Positions 28,801-39,589 of a DNA stretch of 64,000 bases are shown here, one piece after another (the stretch's first letter is position 1; every line of letters begins with the position of its first letter). This DNA comes from a virus. The notes under the pieces were generated by a model. It was not told the origin of the DNA, ran no database searches, and saw only the letters and a program-made list of their open reading frames with translations. Where the stretch lies: positions 32,001 through 96,000 of IMG/VR virus record IMGVR_UViG_3300017917_001336. One strand, written 5' to 3'. Both the position numbers and the translations under genes were made by a program.

Positions 28801-29499
28801 ATGATCATTGGAATATGTGGCTTTATTGGTTCGGGCAAAGATACTATTGCTGACTACTTGACTAACTACCACGGATTCCGACGAGAATCATTTGCTAATT
28901 CCTTAAAAGATGCAGTTTCACAAGTTTTTGGGTGGGACCGCACACTACTTGAAGGGCGCACAAAACAAGCCCGCGAATGGCGTGAACAAGTAGATCCATG
29001 GTGGGCAGAACGCTTAAAAATGCCTAATTTAACTCCGCGTTTAATGCTACAATTATGGGGCACAGAAGTTTGCCGTAGAGGCTTCCACGATGATATTTGG
29101 ATTGCTAGTTTAGAAAACAAACTACGTACAAGTACTGATGATATTGTTATTTCAGACTGCCGTTTTCCTAATGAAATTAAATCAATACGTGATGCCGGGG
29201 GTATTATTGTTTGGGTTAAACGCGGAGAATTACCAGAATGGTACGATTGGGCACTAAGCGCAAACGCTGGCGAAGTACAGAACTTTACATGGGCAACTAG
29301 TAGATCAAAATTAGAACAAGCAGGAATTCATGCTAGTGAAACAGCTTGGGTAGGCACTAAGTTCGATGCAATTTTAGAAAATAATGGCAGTATAGATGAC
29401 TTATTTGCTAAAGTTAAAGATCTGGTGTTAAACCACCTTGACGCCAACGAATCCCCTCTTTATGCAGGACACGCTGACAATTTGCACACACAGTCTTAA
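28801..29499 (+). CDS. Deoxynucleoside monophosphate kinase (T4 gp1-like)
   Basis: IIGICGFIGSGKDT P-loop, SFANSLKD, TPRLMLQLWGTE, VISDCRFPNE, HASE. Confidence 0.9.
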   Translation: MIIGICGFIGSGKDTIADYLTNYHGFRRESFANSLKDAVSQVFGWDRTLLEGRTKQAREWREQVDPWWAERLKMPNLTPRLMLQLWGTEVCRRGFHDDIWIASLENKLRTSTDDIVISDCRFPNEIKSIRDAGGIIVWVKRGELPEWYDWALSANAGEVQNFTWATSRSKLEQAGIHASETAWVGTKFDAILENNGSIDDLFAKVKDLVLNHLDANESPLYAGHADNLHTQS

Positions 29500-29740
29500 G
29501 ATTTGTAGGACGGCAGTTATTTAAATCTCCGTCTACATGAAACACATTAAACACTTGTTGATAAGGGCTTTTAAATCCACATTTATCACAAGTGTTTTTT
29601 ATTTTATACCCTGACAGTTCCCAGCGTGGCAATTTAACACCCCTGCTACAAGGTCCGCATTTACTTCTATAAAATGCCTTGCCATCTTTGTAGTAGTTAA
29701 TGGCTACAGGGTGTTTTCCGCACGAACAAAGTGGTCTCAT
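29414..29740 (-). CDS. Zn-binding HNH-like protein
   Basis: CSC..C..C, CDKC, FHVDGDLNNC...NLKTVCANC; TAAATA 4 nt above the ATG. Confidence 0.7.
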   Translation of the reverse strand: MRPLCSCGKHPVAINYYKDGKAFYRSKCGPCSRGVKLPRWELSGYKIKNTCDKCGFKSPYQQVFNVFHVDGDLNNCRPTNLKTVCANCQRVLHKEGIRWRQGGLTPDL

Positions 29741-29842
29741 ATTTTATTTAAGCCTTTTTGGAACCTTTTTCAAGGTGTATTACACGCACAAATATCCAAA
29801 ATCCACTAAATACATATAGAAAGTATTCACGGAGATCAGAAT

Positions 29843-32800
29843 ATGGCACAACTAAGTTCACCAGGCGTAAGCGTATCAGTTATAGACGAATCGTTCTATA
29901 CACCAGCCGCTCCCGGAACAGTCCCTTTAATCGTAGTTGCTTCTGAACAAGATAAAAGCAACGGTGCAGGTACAGGTACAGCACCAGGCACATTACAATC
30001 GAACGCAGGTAAAGTATATCTACTAACAAGTCAAAAAGACTTAGTAGATAACTTTGGTACCCCTGTATTTAAAACAGATGTAAGTAACAACCCAATTCAC
30101 GCTGGAGAACAAAACGAATATGGTCTTCAAGCAGCTTACAGCTTTTTAGGTGTTAGCAATCGTGCTTATGTAGTACGTGCTGATTTAGACCTAGGTCAAT
30201 TATCAGCAAGAGCAGAAGCTCCAGCAGGTGCACCTAACAATGGTCAATATTGGTTTGACACATCAACAACAAAATTTGGTTTATTCCAATGGAACGCAGC
30301 TGCAGCTACAGCAGGCGGTCAGTCATTTGGTAATAAAGTTCCAACAGTAATTACAAACTCAGCAAGCATTTCAGGTGGAGCACCGCTAACAAGCATTGGC
30401 TCAGTTGGTGACTACGCTGTAGTTGGTATTGATGGAACTTATACATTATGGTTTAAGAAAGCAAAAACTAACACAGCCGCAGGTACATGGGTACGTGTTG
30501 GTAGTACAGCATGGTCAGCAAGTTGGCCAGCAGCACAAGGTACTACTGCTAGCGGATCAGTTGGATTATCTGCAGGCGATACATTAACAATTACTGTTAA
30601 TTCTACACCACATGCGTTTACTGGTCATACATCATTAGCGACCCTTGTTGCAGATATTAACACAGCATTAGACGATAGCGACGGTGCAGGCACAGGCGAC
30701 TTAGACAACTCTGTTGATATGTTAGCTCTTGGTATCAGTGCAGCAGTTGTTAATGATCGTTTAGAAATTTATTCAACAGGCAACGAGTTTTCATTATCTG
30801 GAACAACTGTTGCTAAGGTTGGACTTACAGCAGGCACATATTATGCTCCAGTAGCACAAATTAGCCCGCACTATACTGTTCCAACATTTAAAGCAAGTGA
30901 AAACACAGGAACAGTTAACGGTTATCCAACTGGATCTATTTGGGTTAAAACAACAGAACCTAACTTAGGTGCAGCATGGAGAACTAAAGTTTACAGTTCA
31001 GTTAGCTCTTCATGGTCTAATGTAAGTGCTCCAATTTACAAAACAAGTGCTGCAGCACTTAAAGCACTTGATCCAAAAGGCGGCGGCATTAACTTAGCAC
31101 AAGGTGCGTTATATGTTAAGTCTAACGTAGAAGAAGCTGGCGATGGCAATATTGCTACAGCAGTTGATTTTAAAATTTATGCTAGAAGAACTAGCGGTGT
31201 AACATCAATTGTTTCTGGTACACCTAGTTTAACAAACGGTAGCTATACATTTAACATTGCTGAATCAGTTGCAGGTTCTGATGTTTTAACAAAAGACGCT
31301 GCTCCATCAACTCAAGAACTACAAGTTAGTTTCACAGTTAGTAGCAACACAGCTACAGCATTTGTTGCTGCATTAAACGCAGCACTAGTTGATGTATCAC
31401 ATAATGGTAATGCTTATACTAGTAGAGTAACAGCATCAGTTAATAGTGCAGGACAAGTTGTTATTACACATTTAGACGGTGGCGACATTTACTTCACAGA
31501 CGGTACAGGTTCTCCAATTGGTAATTTGTTTACCGCATACGATCCTGTTGATTCAACATCAACTGTAAATTTCTATGATGTAGTTGATGCATTAGGACAC
31601 GATTTTGTGGCTTCATTATGGTCACCATTTGCAGATATTACTCCAAGTTCATCTGCACCAACAACAACTGCTGCTGATAGCCAATTATGGTACAGCAGTA
31701 TTGTTGACGAAGTTGACATCATGGTACACGACGGATCAGCATGGGTAGGATACAAATCTTACTACCCTAGCACAAATCCAACAGGTCCAATTATTAGCGC
31801 AACTGCACCACTAACACAAACAGATGCAAGTCCATTAACAGATAACGATCTATGGATTGATACAAGTGATTTAGAAAATTATCCTAAGTTATACAAACGT
31901 CAAGGTTCAGGTGCTGGTGGTAAATGGATATTAGTTGACACAGCAGATGATACTACAACAGATGGCATTTTGTTTGCAGATGCTCGTTGGAGTACTTCCG
32001 GTGAAGATGATATGCCAGCTACAATTTTAGATTTACTAACTTCAGACTATGTAGATTTTGACGCTCCAGATCCAGCATTATATCCAAAAGGAATCATGCT
32101 ATGGAACTTACGTCGTAGCGGTAACAACGTGAAAAAGTTTGTTCGTAACTATGTTGATGTTAATGATATTAACACAAGAATGAATGAGAACATGACTAGT
32201 TACTATCCACATCGCTGGGTGACTGAATCTGGCAACCAAGAAAATGGTGCAGGAACTTTTGGTCGTAAAGCACAGCGTAAGGTTGTTATCCAAGCTCTAC
32301 AAGCATTAGTTAATACAAACCAACAAGTTCGTGACGAAGAATCACGTATCTTTAACTTAATTGCTTGCCCAGGTTATCCAGAACTAACAGGCGAACTAGT
32401 ATCACTAAACACAGATCGCGGTTTAACAGCATTTGTTGTTGCTGATACACCGGCACGTTTAACACCAGACGCTACAAGTTTAGCTAACTGGGGTAATAAC
32501 GTAGCAGGCGCATTGGAAGATAACGATAAAGGTTTAGTAACTAGCGATGAATACTTAGGTGTGTTCTATCCATGGGGTTACACAAGTGACAACTTAGGAA
32601 ATAACATTGTTGTTCCTCCAAGTCACATGATTTTACGCACTATTGCGTTAAATGACCAAGTTAGCTATCCATGGTTTGCACCTGCAGGTACACGCCGTGG
32701 TGGTATTACTAACGCTACAGCAGTTGGCTATGTTGACAGCAACGGAGAATTCCAATCAGTTGCATTAAACAACGGTCAGCGTGATACATTAGCAAGTGTT

Positions 32801-33211
32801 AAAGTTAATCCAATTACATTTATTACAGGAACAGGTCTTGTTAACTACGGTCAATATACTCGCGCTAAAAATGCAAGTTCATTAGATCGTATTAACGTAG
32901 CTCGTTTAGTGGTTTATCTACGTCGTCAATTGTCGCAGTTGGCAAAACCATATGTGTTTGAACCAAACGATAAGATTACACGTGATGAATTAAAAGGTGC
33001 AGCAGAAAGTTTATTACTAGAACTAGTCGGCCAACGTGCTCTTTATGATTATGTTGTAGTTTGCGATACAAGCAATAATACACCAACACGTATTGACCGT
33101 AATGAACTATATTTAGACATTGCGATTGAACCAGTTAAAGCAGTTGAATTTATTTACATTCCACTACGCTTAAAGAACACTGGCGAAATCAAAGGCCTAA
33201 ACAATCAATAA
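29843..33211 (+). CDS. Tail sheath protein (gp18-like) with large insertion
   Basis: LSSPGVSVSVIDES, NEYGLQAAYSFL, VPPS, YPWFAPAGTRRG, VNPI, SSLDRINVARL, FEPND..TR, VCDTSNNTP..IDRNEL, IEPVKAVEFIYI. Confidence 0.95.
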   Translation: MAQLSSPGVSVSVIDESFYTPAAPGTVPLIVVASEQDKSNGAGTGTAPGTLQSNAGKVYLLTSQKDLVDNFGTPVFKTDVSNNPIHAGEQNEYGLQAAYSFLGVSNRAYVVRADLDLGQLSARAEAPAGAPNNGQYWFDTSTTKFGLFQWNAAAATAGGQSFGNKVPTVITNSASISGGAPLTSIGSVGDYAVVGIDGTYTLWFKKAKTNTAAGTWVRVGSTAWSASWPAAQGTTASGSVGLSAGDTLTITVNSTPHAFTGHTSLATLVADINTALDDSDGAGTGDLDNSVDMLALGISAAVVNDRLEIYSTGNEFSLSGTTVAKVGLTAGTYYAPVAQISPHYTVPTFKASENTGTVNGYPTGSIWVKTTEPNLGAAWRTKVYSSVSSSWSNVSAPIYKTSAAALKALDPKGGGINLAQGALYVKSNVEEAGDGNIATAVDFKIYARRTSGVTSIVSGTPSLTNGSYTFNIAESVAGSDVLTKDAAPSTQELQVSFTVSSNTATAFVAALNAALVDVSHNGNAYTSRVTASVNSAGQVVITHLDGGDIYFTDGTGSPIGNLFTAYDPVDSTSTVNFYDVVDALGHDFVASLWSPFADITPSSSAPTTTAADSQLWYSSIVDEVDIMVHDGSAWVGYKSYYPSTNPTGPIISATAPLTQTDASPLTDNDLWIDTSDLENYPKLYKRQGSGAGGKWILVDTADDTTTDGILFADARWSTSGEDDMPATILDLLTSDYVDFDAPDPALYPKGIMLWNLRRSGNNVKKFVRNYVDVNDINTRMNENMTSYYPHRWVTESGNQENGAGTFGRKAQRKVVIQALQALVNTNQQVRDEESRIFNLIACPGYPELTGELVSLNTDRGLTAFVVADTPARLTPDATSLANWGNNVAGALEDNDKGLVTSDEYLGVFYPWGYTSDNLGNNIVVPPSHMILRTIALNDQVSYPWFAPAGTRRGGITNATAVGYVDSNGEFQSVALNNGQRDTLASVKVNPITFITGTGLVNYGQYTRAKNASSLDRINVARLVVYLRRQLSQLAKPYVFEPNDKITRDELKGAAESLLLELVGQRALYDYVVVCDTSNNTPTRIDRNELYLDIAIEPVKAVEFIYIPLRLKNTGEIKGLNNQ

Positions 33212-33227
33212 TATCGGAGCATAGAAT

Positions 33228-33854
33228 ATGGCAATCGCAAGTTTATCAAAATTTACAGTACCTTTAGCTAGTGATCAATCAGCTAGCGCACAAGGTATGT
33301 TGATGCCAAAGCTCAAATATCGCTTTAGAGTGATGTTTGAAAACTTTGGAGTATCAACACCAACAACAGAACTTACAAAACAAGTTCAAGATGCTGCAAG
33401 ACCAAACGTTCAGTTTGAAAACCAAAAGATTATGGTTTATAACTCAACAATTAACTATGCTGGCCGCCCAACTTGGCAGACAATGACTGTTAAGCTACGT
33501 GATGATGTAACTGGGTCAGTTAGCAAGTTAGTCGGCGAACAAATGCAAAAGCAGTTTGACTTCTTTGAACAAAGTTCAGCGGCTTCAGGCGGTGACTACA
33601 AGTTCTTAATGCGTGTAGAGATGTTAGACGGCGGTAACGGCGCTAATGCTCCAACAGTATTAGAAACTTGGGAGTGCTATGGTTGCTACGTTACTCAAGT
33701 TAACTACAACTCACTAGGTTATGGTGATCAAACTATGTTAACTATTGATTTAACAATTCAACCAGACAACTGTATCCAGACTACAGGTGGTGCAGCTGCA
33801 CCAACTATAAGAGCTCAAGGTACAGCAGCAACTGCATCAGGCAACAGAGTATAA
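33228..33854 (+). CDS. Tail tube protein (gp19-like)
   Basis: Follows sheath; PKLKYRFRV, RPNVQF, YAGRPTWQ.MTVKLRDD, ETWECYGCY. Confidence 0.85.
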   Translation: MAIASLSKFTVPLASDQSASAQGMLMPKLKYRFRVMFENFGVSTPTTELTKQVQDAARPNVQFENQKIMVYNSTINYAGRPTWQTMTVKLRDDVTGSVSKLVGEQMQKQFDFFEQSSAASGGDYKFLMRVEMLDGGNGANAPTVLETWECYGCYVTQVNYNSLGYGDQTMLTIDLTIQPDNCIQTTGGAAAPTIRAQGTAATASGNRV

Positions 33855-33858
33855 GAAT

Positions 33859-33886
33859 AAGGGCCTACTTAGTAGGCCTTTATTTT
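33859..33886 (+). terminator. Rho-independent terminator
   Basis: GGCCTAC-TTA-GTAGGCC followed by TTTATTTT. Confidence 0.75.
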
Positions 33887-33931
33887 AGGCATTCATTATA
33901 TACGTAGATTATTCGTTGAATAAATATTAGT

Positions 33932-34921
33932 ATGGCCTTTACCCCTAATCGATACTTACGACAAAACACATCAACAACATTGCGTGATCCGCAGCATGCC
34001 GCACGATTGTTTGTTGACGATCAATTTAGACTTGCACCTAAACACAAATTTTTATTCCACGTAGCATTTAATATTAATCCTGCCGCATTGTCAGATAGCA
34101 GTCTTATACAAAGGCACAGAAATGAAATTAATATGTTAGTTAAGAGTTGTGACTTACCTAACTTTAGTGTGCAATCTGAAACACTAAATCAATACAACAG
34201 AAAAAAGAATATTCAAACCATGATGAAATACAATGCAATAAACATTACGTTTCATGATGACAATATGGGGTTAGTAAATTATTTGTGGCAAAATTATTAC
34301 AGTTACTACTATGCTGATCCGTTAGTTTCTACAGACCCATCTGCATATAATAGAACAGCTACTAAAAACGGAAGTTTTATTAAAGTGCCTTATGGATTAG
34401 ATAACGGTAGTACATTACCATTTTTTAATTACATTACCATTTACCAAATGGCACGCCACGAGTATGTTAGTTATACTTTGCACACACCGTTGATTACCGC
34501 ATGGAATCATAATAAATTAGATTCATCGGCTACAGGTGTGCATGATAACTCAGTAACAGTTGCGTATGAAGCAGTATCATATGCATCGGGTGATGTCATC
34601 ACAGGAGACCCAGAAGGTTTTGGCCAAGAGCATTATGACACTGGCAGTAGCTCATTACAAGGTACTCCTTTAGCAGGATCACAATCCCCGTCGTTCGTTA
34701 ATAACAATCCAACAAACCCTATTGGTATTATTAACACCATAACAGAACAAGTTAGTACCTATCAAAATTCACAACAAAAAGCTAGCCCGTCTACTCCTGG
34801 AATAATTAATGCTGCTGTGACTCCAAACGCAACTACAGTTACCGGATTACAAGGAGTTGTATTTCCAAAAAGTAACATTGCTAACACAGATACAACAGTA
34901 GCATCACAAATTAAATTATAA
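33932..34921 (+). CDS. Tube-fold baseplate/tail-tube initiator (gp54/gp48-like)
   Basis: PKHKFLFHV.F, VKSCDLP.F, NQYNRK, YNAINITFHDD, tube-like pattern; position after the tube gene. Confidence 0.6.
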   Translation: MAFTPNRYLRQNTSTTLRDPQHAARLFVDDQFRLAPKHKFLFHVAFNINPAALSDSSLIQRHRNEINMLVKSCDLPNFSVQSETLNQYNRKKNIQTMMKYNAINITFHDDNMGLVNYLWQNYYSYYYADPLVSTDPSAYNRTATKNGSFIKVPYGLDNGSTLPFFNYITIYQMARHEYVSYTLHTPLITAWNHNKLDSSATGVHDNSVTVAYEAVSYASGDVITGDPEGFGQEHYDTGSSSLQGTPLAGSQSPSFVNNNPTNPIGIINTITEQVSTYQNSQQKASPSTPGIINAAVTPNATTVTGLQGVVFPKSNIANTDTTVASQIKL

Positions 34922-34933
34922 TTAGGAAAACAA

Positions 34934-35302
34934 ATGATATCTAATTTGCCATCAACAACAGTCACTGACTCTAGCTTAGAAGTTAGACAGTTTTTTAATA
35001 AATTTTACGACCATCAAGTTAGTTTTCCAGCAACAGAAATTGATAGTACTGTTGGATTTTTCCTCAAACATAATTTTGATGAAGAAAGTGCAAGAAGCAC
35101 CGCAATCGTTTTATTAAATCAAGCAAAAGAAGATGGCGTTAATGTATTCGAATTGTTAGATTCTTTAAAGCAATTAAATGATATTCAACTTAGTCAAGTT
35201 GTTGCACAAGTATTAAATGCTTACAGAGAAAAAACAAGTTTACTCGGTTATCGAGTAACACAAAACATTGACACATACGAAACTAGAAATATATTAGTGT
35301 AA
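34934..35302 (+). CDS. Hypothetical (probable structural) protein
   Basis: AGGA RBS, within the morphogenesis operon. Confidence 0.6.
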   Translation: MISNLPSTTVTDSSLEVRQFFNKFYDHQVSFPATEIDSTVGFFLKHNFDEESARSTAIVLLNQAKEDGVNVFELLDSLKQLNDIQLSQVVAQVLNAYREKTSLLGYRVTQNIDTYETRNILV

Positions 35303-35739
35303 TGGGTAGAAAATTCGCAAGTGGCAAATTTCAAATGACACATCCAGAAAAGTATGTAGGAACTAAGGTGCCTACATACAGATCAAGCTGGGAGTGGAGT
35401 TTTATGCGATTTTGTGATACTAATGTTTCAGTACAAAAATGGGCTAGCGAAGCCGTTCAGATACCTTACAGAGATCCGTTAACTGGAAGACAAACAGTTT
35501 ATGTTCCTGATTTCTTTATTCAATATATTGATAAGAACAGGAAAATGCATGTTGAGCTTATCGAAATCAAACCTGCAAGCCAAGCAATATTAGAGCGTGT
35601 AGGTAAGAACAAATACAATCAAGCACAATATGTAAAAAATCAAGCTAAGTGGGCTGCGGCAAATCTATGGTGTAAACAGCAAGGTATAAAGTTTCGTATA
35701 GTTAGCGAAAATGATTTATTTCATAATGGCCAAGCATAA
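35302..35739 (+). CDS. Head completion nuclease (T4 gp4-like, TnsA-type fold)
   Basis: PEKYVG, YRSSWE..FMRFCD, WASE..IPY, YVPDF, IEIKP, NQAKW.AA..WC, F.IVSE. Confidence 0.9.
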   Translation: MGRKFASGKFQMTHPEKYVGTKVPTYRSSWEWSFMRFCDTNVSVQKWASEAVQIPYRDPLTGRQTVYVPDFFIQYIDKNRKMHVELIEIKPASQAILERVGKNKYNQAQYVKNQAKWAAANLWCKQQGIKFRIVSENDLFHNGQA

Positions 35740-35747
35740 GTAAGAGT

Positions 35748-36236
35748 ATGACTAAAAAACTTGAAGAAATTTTAAACTTACCCGAAAGCAAGAAAATTGT
35801 TAAGGACGAAGAAAAGAAAGCAGTTAAAAACAGTCTTTCTAAACCCGAACCTTTTTTGCGTAGTATGGAAGAATTTGACAAAATCTCAGCTAGTTTGCCA
35901 CAAGTAAAAGGGTTAGGCGATGCTGCAGATTCTGAATTTGATGCACTAGCTCAACGTGCTACGGATGCCTACGATGATCTAATCGATTTAGGCATGAACG
36001 TTGAAGCTCGTTATTCAGCACGTATTTTTGAAGTTGCTGGTACAATGCTTAAAAATGCTATCGATGCTAAATCAGCTAAAATTGACAAAAAACTAAAAAT
36101 GATTGAGCTACAGCTAAAGAAAGCTAAGTTAGATCAAGATGCGAGTACAGCAGATGACGGAATAAGTTTACAAGGTGACGGTGTTATTATTACAGACCGC
36201 AATAGTTTGTTGGAAAAACTTAAGAATTTGAAATAA
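35748..36236 (+). CDS. Probable terminase small subunit
   Basis: Helical, ARIFEVAG.MLK, C-terminal DRNSLLEKL; near the large terminase. Confidence 0.55.
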   Translation: MTKKLEEILNLPESKKIVKDEEKKAVKNSLSKPEPFLRSMEEFDKISASLPQVKGLGDAADSEFDALAQRATDAYDDLIDLGMNVEARYSARIFEVAGTMLKNAIDAKSAKIDKKLKMIELQLKKAKLDQDASTADDGISLQGDGVIITDRNSLLEKLKNLK

Positions 36237-36257
36237 ATATAGTATCAGGATTATAAC

Positions 36258-36800
36258 ATGAAATCGTTTAAAGAATATCTAACAGAAAGCAAAAAAGTTT
36301 ACGAGTTTAAAATTAAACTTGCAGGCGATTTTGAAAAAGGCGGCGATGCTATTAAAAAAGCATTAGCACAGTACAAAGTTGAGTCTTGCTCATCAGGCAA
36401 GCGTACACCAATTGCGGAAACTCAGCCAGACTTCCCAAATCATAAAAATACAAACGTAACAGTTTTTGACGTTGTATTAGCATATCCAACAAATAGTCCA
36501 CGAGTACGTGCTGCTGTTGCTGAAGCTTTAGGTTGTGGTGAAGAATGCGTAAAAGTTCGTAATTTACAAGAAGAAGCAGAAGATGCCATCAATCACCAAC
36601 ACGATGAAAAAACAGGCGTTTCTGTGTTAAGCAAAGACTACGAAGCAAGTGATAATCAAAAACTTGTTGGTGATAAACATGTATTCAGTTTATTAAAAGA
36701 ATTAGGTAAAACCAAACACTCTGGTGAACAAGTTAAAGGCATCAACGATGAAATTTTAGCAAAGTCTGTTCCATCAGAAAAGACTGCTGGAGGAAAATAA
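36258..36800 (+). CDS. Probable head-associated protein
   Basis: N-terminus MKSFKEYLTE resembles the T4 capsid targeting sequence; TAAATA at 36234. Confidence 0.55.
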   Translation: MKSFKEYLTESKKVYEFKIKLAGDFEKGGDAIKKALAQYKVESCSSGKRTPIAETQPDFPNHKNTNVTVFDVVLAYPTNSPRVRAAVAEALGCGEECVKVRNLQEEAEDAINHQHDEKTGVSVLSKDYEASDNQKLVGDKHVFSLLKELGKTKHSGEQVKGINDEILAKSVPSEKTAGGK

Positions 36801-37909
36801 TGAATTTTCAAGACTTACTAACAAGAATCAAATCAATTGAAGAAGGCAATGGCGCCGGTGCCGGCGACGAATGCGATACTAACATGCCTACATCAACTGA
36901 TAACTTACTAATTGGTGAAAAAGGTATTGGTGGTGATCCAACTGATGATCTTATTTCAGATGTTACCGCAAAGGAATGCGGAATGATGCCAACAGCTGGC
37001 CCAAAACAATCTGATTCAGTTACTATGAATGTTAGCATGAATGGCAGCGGCGCAGGTGGCATACGTGACCTGATGGCAATTTTAAAGAATATAGAACAAG
37101 GCGGCGGCAAAGGTGATGTAGTATTTGGAACTGATGAAAATGCGTCAGCAGGTGCTACAAGCTCTGGAGCCATTGCTCCAATACCTAACGCTAAAGAAGA
37201 ATTTGCAAATGAACCAGACACGCATGTGTCTTCAGCTGATGCAGTTACGCCAACTGGTAATGACTTATCAAGCAAGGGCGGTGAAGCTGAAAAAGTCAAT
37301 GGCGGCGGAAATCCAATGGGCGTAGATGAAGCACTCGTACAAAGATTATCACAGCACTATCAGCGCATTAAAGAAGATGTCGGCATGCCAAACACAGCAA
37401 GACCACAACAACGTGCAATTGATCCTGTGAGACAAGCAGATGTTCAGCAAATTCCACAAAAAGTATCGCCACAAGCAAACCGTCCGGGACTTGCACCAAA
37501 TGGTGATCCTAAATTGTGGGATATACAGTTTGAGTTACAGAAAAAAGGATATAAAATTAAAGCTGACGGCTTAAATGGGCCAGCAACTGAAAAAGCTGCA
37601 CGTGAAGCAGGACTTGTACATGATAGTATGCAAGACATTGCTAATCCTACCGCAGTAACGGTTGGTGATAAAATTGGACATACTTTAGGTTCTGGAACAG
37701 GTTGGATTGAAACTGCATGGAGAAACATCAAGCAAGGATTTAACCGAGGCCGTGCCGGACTTGAAGAAGGCGACGAACCAAAGACTATGAGTCGTGCAGC
37801 CAAAGGTGTTATGAAGTACGGTAAAGACGGTATGAAAGCACTAGCTAAAGCTGGCAAAGAAGGCAAAGACTTAGATAAAGTTAGAGACAAATATAACAAA
37901 TACGATTAA
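36800..37909 (+). CDS. Low-complexity probable internal head protein with a peptidoglycan-binding-like segment
   Basis: LWDIQFELQKKGYKIKADGLNGPATEKAA resembles PG_binding_1. Confidence 0.5.
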   Translation: MNFQDLLTRIKSIEEGNGAGAGDECDTNMPTSTDNLLIGEKGIGGDPTDDLISDVTAKECGMMPTAGPKQSDSVTMNVSMNGSGAGGIRDLMAILKNIEQGGGKGDVVFGTDENASAGATSSGAIAPIPNAKEEFANEPDTHVSSADAVTPTGNDLSSKGGEAEKVNGGGNPMGVDEALVQRLSQHYQRIKEDVGMPNTARPQQRAIDPVRQADVQQIPQKVSPQANRPGLAPNGDPKLWDIQFELQKKGYKIKADGLNGPATEKAAREAGLVHDSMQDIANPTAVTVGDKIGHTLGSGTGWIETAWRNIKQGFNRGRAGLEEGDEPKTMSRAAKGVMKYGKDGMKALAKAGKEGKDLDKVRDKYNKYD

Positions 37910-37943
37910 TATTGTTCGTTGCAGTAGGGTAGATTAAGACCCC

Positions 37944-37970
37944 AAAACCACCCTTAGGGGTGGTTTTTTT
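37944..37970 (+). terminator. Rho-independent terminator
   Basis: AAAACCACCC-TTAG-GGGTGGTTTTTTT. Confidence 0.9.
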
Positions 37971-37983
37971 ATGTAAATAAAGT

Positions 37984-39576
37984 ATGGCTAAAAGTTTAGA
38001 TGGCGTCTTAACAAAAAAGGCGCATACTAAGGAAAAATTTACAGAACAGCAAGTACAAGACTTGCTAATGTGTGCTGACCCCGTAGAAGGGTACATGTAC
38101 TTTGTTAAGAATTTTTTCCATATTCAGCATCCTACCAAAGGCAAGGTTAAATTTGAACCTTTTGAATACCAGGAAAGGTTACTTCACTCATACCACGATT
38201 ATCGTTTTAATATTAACATGATGCCACGTCAGTCTGGAAAGACTACGTGTGCCGCAGGTTATTTGCTATGGTACGCCATGTTCCACCCTGATCAAACTAT
38301 TTTAGTTGCTGCTCACAAATATACAGGTGCTCAGGAAATTATGCAACGTATTCGCTACGGATATGAATTGTGTGCAGATTATATTAGAGCAGGTGTAATA
38401 AGTTACAATAAAGGATCTATTGAATTTGAAAACGGATCTCGTATTGTAAGTCAAACAACAACTGGAACAACGGGTCGTGGTATGTCTATTTCATTACTAT
38501 ACTGTGACGAGTTTGCGTTCGTACAACCTAATATTGCTGAAGAATTTTGGACTTCTATATCTCCTACACTAGCAACTGGTGGTAAGGCAATTATTACATC
38601 TACTCCTAATAGTGACGAAGATACATTTGCTAATATTTGGAAAGAAAGTAAAGAAACATTAGACGAGTATGGAAATGAAACAACAACAGGATTAGGGCGC
38701 AACGGATTTCATGGCTTTAGAGCCGAATGGTACGAACATCCTGACAGAGATGACGACTGGAGAAAAGCAGAATTAGGACGCATTGGCGAAGAGCGTTTCC
38801 GTCGTGAGTATGGATGTGAGTTCTTAATTTATGACGAAACTTTAATTAATTCTATTAAATTATCTGACATGACAGGTAAGGAGCCTGCATTTAAGATGGG
38901 GCAAATACGTTGGTACAAAAAACCAACATCGGGCAATACATACTTAGTGGGATTAGATCCTAGTTTAGGAACTGGTGGAGATTTTGCAGGTATACAAGTA
39001 TTTGAATTACCAAGTATGATTCAGTGTGCAGAGTGGCAACATAACTTAACAATCGTGCAAGATCAAGTTAAGTTGTTAAGAGATGTTATTAGATATATCC
39101 AGGACGAAATAGGACAAGATTATCAAAACAGCATTTACTGGAGTGTTGAAAATAATACGTTAGGTGAAGCTGCACTTGTAGTTATTGCTAATTTAGGCGA
39201 AGAAACATTTCCTGGCTTATTTTTAAGCGAGCCCGTAAGAAAAGGACATGTTCGTAAATTCCGTAAGGGATTTAATACTACACACGGATCAAAGATTTCA
39301 GCATGTAGTCGTTTAAAATATTTTATTGAAGAAAATAAAATGACTGTACACAGCAAGTCGTTAATTAGCGAGCTTAAAACATTTATTGCACAAGGCCCAA
39401 CGTTTAAAGCTAAAGAAGGACAACACGACGACCTTGTATCTGCATTATTACTAATAGTACGTATGACTGTAGTATTAGCAGAGTGGGATCCAGCTGTATT
39501 TGAAAAACTTAGCATCGAAAGTGTAATAGACGACGATTGGGAAGCTCCGCTGCCAATCTTCATTAGCAGTAATTAG
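37984..39576 (+). CDS. Terminase large subunit (gp17-like)
   Basis: PRQSGKTT Walker A, LLYCDEFAFV Walker B, ITSTPN, FRREYGCEF, GLDPSLG.GGD, VENN, HDDLV. Confidence 0.97.
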   Translation: MAKSLDGVLTKKAHTKEKFTEQQVQDLLMCADPVEGYMYFVKNFFHIQHPTKGKVKFEPFEYQERLLHSYHDYRFNINMMPRQSGKTTCAAGYLLWYAMFHPDQTILVAAHKYTGAQEIMQRIRYGYELCADYIRAGVISYNKGSIEFENGSRIVSQTTTGTTGRGMSISLLYCDEFAFVQPNIAEEFWTSISPTLATGGKAIITSTPNSDEDTFANIWKESKETLDEYGNETTTGLGRNGFHGFRAEWYEHPDRDDDWRKAELGRIGEERFRREYGCEFLIYDETLINSIKLSDMTGKEPAFKMGQIRWYKKPTSGNTYLVGLDPSLGTGGDFAGIQVFELPSMIQCAEWQHNLTIVQDQVKLLRDVIRYIQDEIGQDYQNSIYWSVENNTLGEAALVVIANLGEETFPGLFLSEPVRKGHVRKFRKGFNTTHGSKISACSRLKYFIEENKMTVHSKSLISELKTFIAQGPTFKAKEGQHDDLVSALLLIVRMTVVLAEWDPAVFEKLSIESVIDDDWEAPLPIFISSN

Positions 39577-39589
39577 TGATAAATATAAC

